Assembly: GCF_964355755.1 (NCBI RefSeq)
Contig: NC_092678.1
Span: 10,910,352-10,974,351 of the forward strand
Source: Antedon mediterranea
Lineage: Eukaryota > Animalia > Echinodermata
DNA: 64,000 nucleotides
Direction of reading: 5' to 3'
A program made the position numbers and the translations under genes. Positions 50,001 to 63,181 of the stretch are shown in pieces. The notes beneath the pieces were generated by a model that made no database searches, was not told the DNA's origin, and saw only the letters and a program-made list of their open reading frames with translations. How positions within the stretch are numbered: position 1 is the stretch's first letter; every line of letters begins with the position of its first letter.

Positions 50001-53000
50001 ATTGAAAATAAATATTTTTTTTGAAAATGAGATATTTTTTAGGGTTGTGAATGTCAGGCCTAAACAAATGGATCTTTTTTAAAATCAGAAACAAAGTTGC
50101 ATGGCATTATTTTTCATTGATTGATAATTTATTTCATATAAATAGACTATTATCAGCTCTTCAGTCGTCTACTGGTTTGTGGCGTAACGGGTAATGCTCA
50201 GGTTTGAGTGCTCTCAGTAGTGGGTTCGAACCTATACGGGTATTTTTTTTTTTTTTTAATTGAAAATAAACATTGTTTTTGAAAGTGAGATATTTTGAGG
50301 GTTGCAACTGTCAGGCCTAAACAAGTGAACCTTTTTTAAAATCAGAAACAAAGTTGCATGGCATTATTTTTCATTGATTGATCATCTATTTCATATAAAT
50401 AGACTATTATCAGTTCTTCAGTCATATACTGGTTTGCGGCGTAACGGGTAATGCTCAGGTTTGAGTGATTTCAATAGTGGGTTCGAACTTCTAGGGATAT
50501 TTTTTTTCTTTTTTTTTTTATTTGAAAATAAATATTGTTTTTGAAGGTGAGATATTTTGAGGGTTGTAAATGTCAGGCCTAAACAAGTGAACCTTTTTTA
50601 AAATCAGAAACAAAGTTGCATGGCATTATTTTTCATTGATTGATCATTCATTTCATATAAATAGACTATTATCAGCTCTTCAGTTATCTACTGGTTTGTG
50701 CCGTAACGGGTAATACCCAGGTTTGAGTGCTTTCAGTAGCGGGTTCCAACCTCTAGGGATATTGTTTTTTTTTTCTTATTGAAAATAAATATTTTTTTTG
50801 AAAATGAGATATTTTTTAGGGTTGTGAATGTCAGGCCTAAACAAATGGATCTTTTTTAAAATATGAAACAAAGTTGCATGGCATTATTTTTCATTGATTG
50901 ATAATTTATTTCATATAAATAGACTATTATCAGCTCTTCAGTCGTCTACTGGTTTGTGGCGTAACGGGTAATGCTCAGGTTTGAGTGCTCTGAGTAGTGG
51001 GTCGAACCTCTAGGGATATTTTTTTTCTTTTTTTTTAAATTGAAAATAAATATTGTTTTTGAAAGTGAGATATTTTGAGGGTTGTAAATGTCAGTCCTAA
51101 ACAAGTGGACCTTTTTTAAAATCAGAAACAAAGTTGCATGGCATTATTTTTCATTGGTTGATCATCCATTTCATATAAATAGACTATTATCAGCTCTTCA
51201 GTTATATACTGGTTTGCGGCGTAACGGGTAATGCTCAGTTTTGAGTGATTTCAATAGTGGGTTCGAACTTCTAAGGATATTTTTTTTTTTTTTTTTATAT
51301 TTGAAAATAAATATTGTTTTTGAAAGTGAGATATTTTGAGGGTTGTAAATGTCAGGCCTAAACAAGTGAACATTTTTTTTCAATCAGAAACAAAGTTGCA
51401 TGGCATTATTTTTCATTGATTGATCATTCATTTCATATATATAGACTATTATCAGCTCCTCAGTCATCTACTGGTTTGTGGCGTAACGTGTAATGCTCAG
51501 GTTTGAGTGCTCTCAGTAGTGGGTTCGAACCTATACGGGTATTTTTTTTTCTTTTTTTTTTAATTGAAAATAAATATTGTTTTTGAAAGTGAGATATTTT
51601 GAGGGTTGCAACTGTCAGGCCAAAACAAGTGAACCTTTTTTAAAATCAGAAACAAAGTAGCATGGCATTATTTTTCATTGATTGATCATCCATTTCATAT
51701 AAATAGACTATTATCAGCTCTTCAGTCATATACTGGTTTGCGGCGAACGGATAATGCTCAGGTTTGAGTGATTTCAATAGTGGGTTCGAACTTCTAGGGA
51801 TATTTTTTTTCTTTTTTTTTTTATTTGAAAATAAATATTGTTTTTGAAGGTGAGATATTTTGAGGGTTGTAAATGTCAGGCCTAAACAAGTGAACCTTTT
51901 TTAAAATCAGAAACAAAGTTCCATGGCATTATTTTTCATTGATTGGTCATTAATTTCATATAAATAGACTATTATCAGCTCTTCAGTTATCTACTGGTTT
52001 GTGGCGTAACGGGTAATACCCAGGTGTGAGTGCTCTCAGTAGCGGGTTCCAACCTGTAAGGATATTTTTTTTTTAATTGAAAATAAATATTGTTTTTGAA
52101 AGTGAGATATTTTGAGGGTTGCAACTGTCAGGCCTAAACAAGTGAACCTTTTTTAAAATCAGAAACAAAGTTGCATGGCATTATTTTTCATTGATTGATC
52201 ATTCATTTCATATAAATAGACTATTATCAGCTCTTCAGTTATTTACTGGTTTGTGCCGTAACGGGTAATACCCAGGTTTGAGTGCTTTCAGTAGCGGGTT
52301 CCAACCTCTAGGGATATTGTTTTTTTTTTCTTATTGAAAATAAATATTTTTTTTGAAAATGAGATATTTTTTAGGGTTGTGAATGTCAGGCCTAAACAAA
52401 TGGATCTTTTTTAAAATCAGAAACAAAGTTGCATGGCATTATTTTTCATTGATTGATAATTTATTTCATATAAATAGACTATTATCAGCTCTTCAGTCGT
52501 CTACTGGTTTGTGGCGTAACGGGTAATGCTCAGGTTTGAGTGCTCTGAGTAGTGGGTCGAACCTCTAGGGATATTTTTTTTCTTTTTTTTTAAATTTAAA
52601 ATAAATATGGTTTTTGAAAGTGAGATATTTTGAGGGTTGTAAATGTCAGGCCTAAACAAGTGGACCTTTTTTAAAATCAGAAACAAAGTTGCATGGCATT
52701 ATTCTTCATTGATTGATCATTTATTTTATATATATAGACTATTATCAGCTCCTCAGTCATCTACTGGTTTGTGGCGTAACGGGTAATGCTCAGGTTTGAG
52801 TGCTCTCAGTAGTGGGTTCGAACCTATACGGGTATTTTTTTTTTTTTTTAATTGAAAATAAACATTGTTTTTGAAAGTGAGATATTTTGAGGGTTGCAAC
52901 TGTCAGGCCTAAACAAGTGAACCTTTTTTAAAATCAGAAACAAAGTTGCATGGCATTATTTTTCATTGATTGATCATCTATTTCATATAAATAGACTATT

Positions 53001-56000
53001 ATCAGTTCTTCAGTCATATACTGGTTTGCGGCGTAACGGGTAATGCTCGGGTTTGAGTGATTTCAATAGTGGGTTCGAACTTCTAGGGATATTTTTTTTT
53101 CTTTTTTTTTTATTTGAAAATAAATATTGTTTTTGGAAGTGAGATATTTTTATTGTTTTAAATGTCAAGCCTAACCAAGTGGACCGTTTTTTTAAATCAG
53201 AAACAAAGTTGCATGGCATTATTTTTCATTGATTGATCATTTATTTTATATATATAGACTATTATCAGCTCCTCAGTCATCTACTGGTTTGTGGCGTACC
53301 GGGTAATGCTCAGGTTTGAGTGCTCTCAGTAGTGGGTTCGAACCTATACGGGTATTTTTTTTTCTTTTTTAATTGAAAATAAACATTGTTTTTGAAAGTG
53401 AGATATTTTGAGGGTTGCAACTGTCAGGCCTAAACAAGTGAACCTTTTTTAAAATCAGAAACCAAGTTGCATGGCATTATTTTTCATTGATTGATCATCT
53501 ATTTCATATAAATAGACTATTATCAGTTCTTCAGTCATATACTGGTTTGCGGCGTAACGGGTAATGCTCGGGTTTGAGTGATTTCAATAGTGGGTTCGAA
53601 CTTCTAGGGATATTTTTTTTTCTTTTTTTTTTTATTTGAAAATAAATATTGTTTTTGGAAGTGAGATATTTTTATTGTTTTAAATGTCAAGCCTAACCAA
53701 GTGGACCTTTTTTAAAATCAGAAACTAAGTTGCATGGCATTATTTTTCCTTGGTTGATCATCCATTTCATATATATAGACTATTATCAGCTCTTCAGTCA
53801 TATATTGGTTTGCGGCGTAACGGGTAATGCTCAGTTTTGAGTGTTTTCAATAGTGGGTTTGAACTTCTAGGGATATTTTTTTTCTTTTTTTTTTTTTTGA
53901 AAATAAATATTGTTTTTGAAAGTGAGATATTTTTAGGGTTGTAAATGTCAGGCCTAAACAAGTGAACCTTTTTGAAAATCAGAAACAAAGTTGCATGGCA
54001 TTATTTTTCATTGATTGATCATTAATTTCATATAAATAGACTATTATCAGCTCTTCAGTTATCTACTGGTTTGTGGCGTAACGGGTAATACCCAGGTTTG
54101 AATGCTCTCAGTAGCGGGTTCCAACCTCTAGGGATATTGCTTTTTTTTTTCTTATTGAAAATAAATATTTTTTTTGAAAATGAGATATTTTTTAGGGTTG
54201 TAAATGTCAGGCCTAAACAAATGGATCTTTTTTAAAATCAGAAACAAAGTTGCATGGCATTATTTTTCATTGATTGATCATTCATTTCATATAAATAGAC
54301 TGTTATCAGCTCTTCAGTCATCTACTGGTTTGTGGCGTAACCGGTCGTGCTCAGGTTTGAGTTCTCGCAGTAGTGGGTTCGAACATCTACGAATATTATT
54401 TTTCTTTTTTTTTTTAATTGAAAATAAATATTGTTTTTGAAAGTGAGATATTTTGAGGGTTGTAAATGTCAGGCCTAAACAAGTGGACCTTTTTTAAAAT
54501 CAGAAACAAAGTTGCATGACATAATTTTTCATAGATTGATCATTTATTTCATATAAATAGAGTATTATCAGCTCTTCAGTCATCTACTGGTTTGTGGCGT
54601 AACGGGTAATGCTCAAGTTTGAGTGCTCTCACTAGTGGGTTCGAACCTCTACTGATATTTTGTTTCTTTCTTTTTTATAATAGAAAATAATATTGTTTTT
54701 GAAAGTGAGATATTTTGAGGGTTGTAAATGTCAGGCCTAAACAAGTGAACCTTTTTTAAAATCAGAAACAAAGTTGCATGGCATTATTTTTCATTGATTG
54801 GTCATTAATTTCATATCAATAGACTATTATCAGCTCTTCAGTTATCTACTGGTTTGTGGCGTAACGGGTAATACCCAGGTGTGAGTGCTCTCAGTAGCGG
54901 GTTCCAACCCTGCCTCAGCACTAAGGCCCTGCCACGGCCTTGGGGTCGTTTCTACCACATCATCACCAGATGCATTGCTAGTGCCTTCTCAAGATGTGTG
55001 GTGGAAAGGGGGACGTAAATTCTGTGAACCCCAAACACAGTTTGTCGCATACCTTTAACTCTATTTCACCGACCAGCGTGGGAATCGAACCCACGACATA
55101 CGTGTCAGTCGTCTGAGCTAACTGGCCATGTTGGTTTTAAAAAGGTTAATATGATATTTATGACGTAATGATGAATTACGTAATACACTTATAAATAGAC
55201 TATTATAAACTGTTCTGTCGTGTACTACTTTATGGCATAACGGGTAATGCTCAGTTTTGAGTGCTCCCAGTAGTGGGTTCGAACCTGTAATTAGAAAATA
55301 AATATTGTTTTTGAAAGTGAGATATTTTGAAGGTTGTAAATGTCAGGCCTAAACAAGTGGACATTTTTTTCAATCAGAAACAAAGTTGCATGGCATTATT
55401 TTTCATTGATTGATCATTCATTTCATATAAATAGACTGTTATCAGCTCTTCAGTCATCTACTGGTTTGTGGCGTAACCGGTAGTGCTCAGGTTTGAGTTC
55501 TCGCAGTAGTGGGTTCGAACATCTACGAATATTATTTTTCTTTTTTTTTTTAATTGAAAATAAATATTGTTTTTGAAAGTGAGATATTTTGAGGGTTGTA
55601 AATGTCAGGCCTAAACAAGTGGACCTTTTTTAAAATCAGAAACAAAGTTGCATGACATAATTTTTCATAGATTGATCATTTATTTCATATAAATAGAGTA
55701 TTATCAGCTCTTCAGTCATCTACTGGTTTGTGGCGTAACGGGTAATGCTCAAGTTTGAGTGCTCTCACTAGTGGGTTCGAACCTCTACTGATATTTTGTT
55801 TCTTTCTTTTTTATAATAGAAAATAATATTGTTTTTGAAAGTGAGATATTTTGAGGGTTGTAAATGTCAGGCCTAAACAAGTGAACCTTTTTTAAAATCA
55901 GAAACAAAGTTGCATGGCATTATTTTTCATTGATTGGTCATTAATTTCATATCAATAGACTATTATCAGCTCTTCAGTTATCTACTGGTTTGTGGCGTAA

Positions 56001-59000
56001 CGGGTAATACCCAGGTGTGAGTGCTCTCAGTAGCGGGTTCCAACCTGTAAGGATATTTTTTTTTAATTGAAAATAAATATTGTTTTTGAAAGTGAGATAT
56101 TTTGAGGGTTGCAACTGTCAGGCCTAAACAAGTGAACCTTTTTTAAAATCAGAAACAAAGTTGCATGGCATTATTTTTCATTGATTGATCATTCATTTCA
56201 TATAAATAGACTATTATCAGCTCTTCAGTTATCTACTGGTTTGTGCCGTAACGGGTAATACCCAGGTTTGAGTGCTTTCAGTAGCGGGTTCCAACCTCTA
56301 GGGATATTGCTTTTTTTTTCTTATTGAAAATAAATATTTTTTTTGAAAATGAGATATTTTTTAGGGTTGTGAATGTCAGGCCTAAACAAATGGATCTTTT
56401 TTAAAATCAGAAAACAAAGTTGCATGGCATTATTTTTCATTGATTGATAATTTATTTCATATAAATAGACTATTATCAGCTCTTCAGTCGTCTACTGGTT
56501 TGTGGCGTAACGGGTAATGCTCAGGTTTGAGTGCTCTGAGTAGTGGGTCGAACCTCTAGGGATATTTTTTTTCTTTTTTTTTTAATTTAAAATAAATATG
56601 GTTTTTGAAAGTGAGATATTTTGAGGGTTGTAAATGTCAGGCCTAAACAAGTGGACCTTTTTTAAAATCAGAAACAAAGTTGCATGGCATTATTTTTCAT
56701 TGATTGATCATTTATTTTATATATATAGACTATTATCAGCTCCTCAGTCATCTACTGGTTTGTGGCGTAACGGGTAATGCTCAGGTTTGAGTGCTCTCAG
56801 TAGTGGGTTCGAACCTATACGGGTATTTTTTTTTTTTTTTTTAATTGAAAATAAATATTGTTTTTGAAAGTGAGATATTTTGAGGGTTGCAACTGTCAGG
56901 CCTAAACAAGTGAACCTTTTTTAAAATCAGAAACAAAGTTGCATGGCATTATTTTTCATTGATTGATCATCTATTTCATATAAATAGACTATTATCAGTT
57001 CTTCAGTCATATACTGGTTTGCGGCGTAACGGGTAATGCTCGGGTTTGAGTGATTTCAATAGTGGGTTCGAACTTCTAGGGATATTTTTTTTTCTTTTTT
57101 TTTTTATTTGAAAATAAATATTGTTTTTGGAAGTGAGATATTTTTATTGTTTTAAATGTCAAGCCTAACCAAGTGGACCTTTTTTTTAAATCAGAAACAA
57201 AGTTACATAACATCATTTTACATTGATGGATCATTTATTTCATATAAATAGACTGTTATCAGCTCTTCAGTCATCTACTGGTTTGTGGCGTAACCGGTAG
57301 TGCTCAGGTTTGAGTCCTCGGAGTAGTGGGTTCGAACCTCTACGATTTTTTTTTCTTTTTTTTTTAATTGAAAATAAATATTGTTTTTGAAAGTGAGATG
57401 TTTTGAGGGTTGTAAATGTCAGGCCTAAACAAGTGGACCTTTTTTAAAATCAGAAACAAAGTTGCATGGCATTATTTTTCATTGATTGATCATTTATTTA
57501 ATAGAAATAGACTATTATCAGCTCCTCAGTCATCTACTGGTTTGTGGCGTAACGGATAATGCTCAGGTTTGAGTGCTTTCAGTAGTGGGTTTGAACCTCT
57601 AGGGATTTTTTTTTTTTTAAATTGAAAATAAATATTGTTTTTGAAAGTGAGATATTTTGAGGGTTGTAAATGTCAGGCCTAAACAAGTGGACCTTTTTTA
57701 AAATCAGAAACTAAGTTGCATGGCATTATTTTTCATTGGTTGATCATCCATTTCATATATATAGACTATTATCAGCTCTTAAGTCATATACTGGTTTGCG
57801 GCGTAACGGGTAATGCTCAGTTTTGAGTGTTTTCAATAGTGGGTTTGAACTTCTAGGGATATTTTTTTTCTTTTTTTTTTATTTGAAAATAAATATGGTT
57901 TTTGAAAGTGAGATATTTTGAGGGTTGTAAATGTCAGGCCTAAACAAGTGGACCTTTTTGAAAATCAGAAACAAAGTTGCATGGCATTATTTTTCATTGA
58001 TTGATAATTCATTTCATATAAATAGACTATTACCAGCTCTTCAGTCATCTACTGGTTTGTGGCGTAACGAGTAATGCTCAGGTTTGTGTGCTCTGAGTAG
58101 TGGGTCGAACCTCTAGGGATATTTTTTTTCTTTTTTTTTTAAATTGAAAATAAATATGGTTTTTGAAAGTGAGATATTTTGAGGGTTGTAAATGTCAGGC
58201 CTAAACAAGTGGACCTTTTTTAAAATCAGAAACAAAGTTGCATGGCATTATTTTTCATTGATTGATAATTCATTTCTTATAAATAGACTATTATCAGCTC
58301 TTCAGTCATCTACTGGTTTGTGGCGTAACGGGTAATGCTCAGGTTTGAGTGCTCTGAGTAGTGGGTCGAACCTCTAGGGATATTTTTTTTCTTTTTTTTA
58401 AATTGAAAATAAATATGGTTTTTGAAAGTGAGATATTTTGAGGGTTTTAAATGTCAAGCTTAACCAAGTGGACCTTTTTTTAAAATCAGAAACAAAGTTG
58501 CATAACATCATTTTACATTGATAGATCATTCATTTCATATAAATAGACTGTTATCAGCTCTTCAGTCATCTACTGGTTTGTGGCGTAACCGGTAGTGCTC
58601 AGGTTTGAGTTCTCGCAGTAGTGGGTTCGAACATCTACGACTATTTTTTTTTCTTTTTTTTTTAATTGAAATTAAATATTGTTTTTGAAAGTGAGATATT
58701 TTGAGGGTTGTAAATCTCAGGCCTAAACAAGTGGACCTTTTTTAAAATCAGAAACAAAGTTGCATGGCATTATTTTTCATTGATTGATCATTCATTTCAT
58801 ATAAATAGACTATTATCAGCTCCGCAGTCATCTACTGGTTTGTGGCGTAACGGATAATGCTCAGGTTTGAGTGCTTTAAGTAGTGGGTTCGAACCTCTAG
58901 GGGTTTTTTTTTTTTAAATTGAAAATAAATATTGTTTTTGAAAGTGAGATATTTTGAGGGTTGTAAATGTCAGTCCTAAACAAGTGGACCTTTTTTAAAA

Positions 59001-62000
59001 TCAGAAACAAAGTTGCATGGCATTATTTTTCATTGGTTGATCATCCATTTCATATAAATAGACTATTATCAGCTCTTCAGTTATATACTGGTTTGCGGCG
59101 TAACGGGTAATGAGTGATTTCAATAGTGGGTTTGAACTTCTAGGGATATTTTTTTTTTTTTATATATTTGAAAATAAATATTGTTTTTGAAAGTGAGATA
59201 TTTTGAGGGTTGTAAATGTCAGGCCTAAACAAGTGAACATTTTTTTCAATCAGAAACAAAGTTGCATGGCATTATTTTTCATTGATTGATCATTCATTTC
59301 ATATATATAGACTATTATCAGCTCCTCAGTCATCTACTGGTTTGTGGCGTAACGTGTAATTCTCAGGTTTGAGTGCTCTCAGTAGTGGGTTCGAACCTAT
59401 AGGGGTATTTTTTTAAATTTTTTTTTTAATTGAAAATAAATATTGTTTTTGAAAGTGAGATATTTTGAGGGTTGCAACTGTCAGGCCAAAACAAGTGAAC
59501 CTTTTTTAAAATCAGAAACAAAGTTGCATGGCATTATTTTTCATTGATTGATCATCCATTTCATATAAATAGACTATTATCAGCTCTTCAGTCATATACT
59601 GGTTTGCGGCGAACGGATAATGCTCAGGTTTGAGTGATTTCAATAGTGGGTTCGAACTTCTAGGGATATTTTTTTTCTTTTTTTTTTTATTTGAAAATAA
59701 ATATTGTTTTTGAAGGTGAGATATTTTGAGGGTTGTAAATGTCAGGCCTAAACAAGTGAACCTTTTTTAAAATCAGAAACAAAGTTGCATGGCATTATTT
59801 TTCATTGATTGGTCATTAATTTCATATAAATAGACTATTATCAGCTCTTCAGTTATCTACTGGTTTGTGGCGTAACGGGTAATACCCAGGTGTGAGTGCT
59901 CTCAGTAGCGGGTTCCAACCTGTAAGGATATTTTTTTTTTAATTGAAAATAAATATTGTTTTTGAAAGTGAGATATTTTGAGGGTTGCAACTGTCAGGCC
60001 TAAACAAGTGAACCTTTTTTAAAATCAGAAACAAAGTTGCATGGCATTATTTTTCATTGATTGATCATTCATTTCATATAAATAGACTATTATCAGCTCT
60101 TCAGTTATTTACTGGTTTGTGCCGTAACGGGTAATACCCAGGTTTGAGTGCTTTCAGTAGCGGGTTCCAACCTCTAGGGATATTTTTTTTTTTTTCTTAT
60201 TGAAAATAAATATTTTTTTTGAAAATGAGATATTTTTTAGGGTTGTGAATGTCAGGCCTAAACAAATGGATCTTTTTTAAAATCAGAAACAAAGTTGCAT
60301 GGCATTATTTTTCATTGATTGATAATTTATTTCATATAAATAGACTATTATCAGCTCTTCAGTCGTCTACTGGTTTGTGGCGTAACGGGTAATGCTCAGG
60401 TTTGAGTGCTCTCAGTAGTGGGTTCGAACCTATACGGGTATTTTTTTTTTTTTTTAATTGAAAATAAACATTGTTTTTGAAAGTGAGATATTTTGAGGGT
60501 TGCAACTGTCAGGCCTAAACAAGTGAACCTTTTTTAAAATCAGAAACAAAGTTGCATGGCATTATTTTTCATTGATTGATCATCTATTTCATATAAATAG
60601 ACTATTATCAGTTCTTCAGTCATATACTGGTTTGCGGCGTAACGGGTAATGCTCAGGTTTGAGTGATTTCAATAGTGGGTTCGAACTTCTAGGGATATTT
60701 TTTTTCTTTTTTTTTTTATTTGAAAATAAATATTGTTTTTGAAGGTGAGATATTTTGAGGGTTGTAAATGTCAGGCCTAAACAAGTGAACCTTTTTTAAA
60801 ATCAGAAACAAAGTTGCATGGCATTATTTTTCATTGATTGATCATTCATTTCATATAAATAGACTATTATCAGCTCTTCAGTTATCTACTGGTTTGTGCC
60901 GTAACGGGTAATACCCAGGTTTGAGTGCTTTCAGTAGCGGGTTCCAACCTCTAGGGATATTGTTTTTTTTTTCTTATTGAAAATAAATATTTTTTTTGAA
61001 AATGAGATATTTTTTAGGGTTGTGAATGTCAGGCCTAAACAAATGGATCTTTTTTAAAATATGAAACAAAGTTGCATGGCATTATTTTTCATTGATTGAT
61101 AATTTATTTCATATAAATAGACTATTATCAGCTCTTCAGTCGTCTACTGGTTTGTGGCGTAACGGGTAATGCTCAGGTTTGAGTGCTCTGAGTAGTGGGT
61201 CGAACCTCTAGGGATATTTTTTTTCTTTTTTTTTAAATTGAAAATAAATATTGTTTTTGAAAGTGAGATATTTTGAGGGTTGTAAATGTCAGTCCTAAAC
61301 AAGTGGACCTTTTTTAAAATCAGAAACAAAGTTGCATGGCATTATTTTTCATTGGTTGATCATCCATTTCATATAAATAGACTATTATCAGCTCTTCAGT
61401 TATATACTGGTTTGCGGCGTAACGGGTAATGCTCAGTTTTGAGTGATTTCAATAGTGGGTTCGAACTTCTAAGGATATTTTTTTTTTTTTTTTTATATTT
61501 GAAAATAAATATTGTTTTTGAAAGTGAGATATTTTGAGGGTTGTAAATGTCAGGCCTAAACAAGTGAACATTTTTTTTCAATCAGAAACAAAGTTGCATG
61601 GCATTATTTTTCATTGATTGATCATTCATTTCATATATATAGACTATTATCAGCTCCTCAGTCATCTACTGGTTTGTGGCGTAACGTGTAATGCTCAGGT
61701 TTGAGTGCTCTCAGTAGTGGGTTCGAACCTATACGGGTATTGTTTTTTCTTTTTTTTTTAATTGAAAATAAATATTGTTTTTGAAAGTGAGATATTTTGA
61801 GGGTTGCAACTGTCAGGCCAAAACAAGTGAACCTTTTTTAAAATCAGAAACAAAGTAGCATGGCATTATTTTTCATTGATTGATCATCCATTTCATATAA
61901 ATAGACTATTATCAGCTCTTCAGTCATATACTGGTTTGCGGCGAACGGATAATGCTCAGGTTTGAGTGATTTCAATAGTGGGTTCGAACTTCTAGGGATA

Positions 62001-63181
62001 TTTTTTTTCTTTTTTTTTTTATTTGAAAATAAATATTGTTTTTGAAGGTGAGATATTTTGAGGGTTGTAAATGTCAGGCCTAAACAAGTGAACCTTTTTT
62101 AAAATCAGAAACAAAGTTCCATGGCATTATTTTTCATTGATTGGTCATTAATTTCATATAAATAGACTATTATCAGCTCTTCAGTTATCTACTGGTTTGT
62201 GGCGTAACGGGTAATACCCAGGTGTGAGTGCTCTCAGTAGCGGGTTCCAACCTGTAAGGATATTTTTTTTTTAATTGAAAATAAATATTGTTTTTGAAAG
62301 TGAGATATTTTGAGGGTTGTAAATGTCAGGCCTAAACAAGTGAACCTTTTTTTAAATCAGAAACAAAGTTGCATGGCATTATTTTTCATTGATTGATCAT
62401 TCATTTCATATAAATAGACTATTATCAGCTCTTCAGTCATCTACTGGTTTGTGGCGTAACGGGTAATGCTCAGTTTTGAGTGCTCTGAGTAGTGGGTCGA
62501 ACCTCTAGGGATATTTTTTTTCTTTTTTTTTTAAATTGAAAATAAATATGGTTTTTGAAAGTGAGATATTTTGAGGGTTGTAAATGTCAGCCTAAACAAG
62601 TGGACCTTTTTTAAAATCAGAAACAAAGTTGCATGGCATTATTTTTCATTGATTGATCATTCATTTCATATAAATAGACTATTATCAGCTCTTCAGTCAT
62701 CTACTGATTTGTGGCGTAACGGGTAATGCTCAGGTTTGAGTGCTCTGAGTAGTGGGTCGAACCTCTAGGGATATTTTTTTTCTTTTTTTTTTTAATTGAA
62801 AATAAATATGGTTTTTGAAAGTGAGATATTTAGAGGGTTGTAAATATCAGGCCTAAACAAGTGGACCTTTTTTAAAATCAGAAACAAAGTTGCATGGCAT
62901 TATTTTTCATTGATTTATTATTTATTTTATATAAACAGAGTATTATCAGCTCTTCAGTCATCTACTGGTTTGTGGCGTAACGGGTAATGCTCAAGTTTGA
63001 GTGCTCTCACTAGTGGGTTCAAACCTCTACGGATATTTTGTTTCTTTTTTTTTATTTAAAATAAATATTGTTTTTGAAAGTGAGATATTTTGAGGGTTGT
63101 AAATGTCAGGCCTAAACAAGTGAACCTTTTTTAAAATCAGAAACAAAGTTGCATTGCATTATTTTTCATTGATTTATTATT
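47058..63181 (+). repeat. ~260-bp tRNA-derived satellite, array 2 (about 60 monomers)
   Basis: Same monomer and orientation as array 1, same diverged first monomer (TTTATGGCATAACGGGTAATGCTCAGTTTTGAG); ends abruptly at the 88-bp satellite. Confidence 0.97.
54908..55127 (-). mobile_element. 3'-truncated third copy of the SINE-like element inside array 2
   Basis: Matches 46776-46995 and continues into the leader end and first monomers, so it arose by duplication of the array junction, not by retroposition. Confidence 0.85.

Noticed and set aside
5677-61581. Many ~61-71 aa minus-strand ORFs 'MFLILKKVHLFRPD...'
   Set aside because: Antisense translations of the satellite starting at TTG; the frame depends on variable T-run length (poly-Lys), with no sign of coding constraint.
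972-63181. CRISPR-like repeat/spacer array
   Set aside because: Whole monomers are homologous, there are no unique spacers or cas genes, and the context is eukaryotic.
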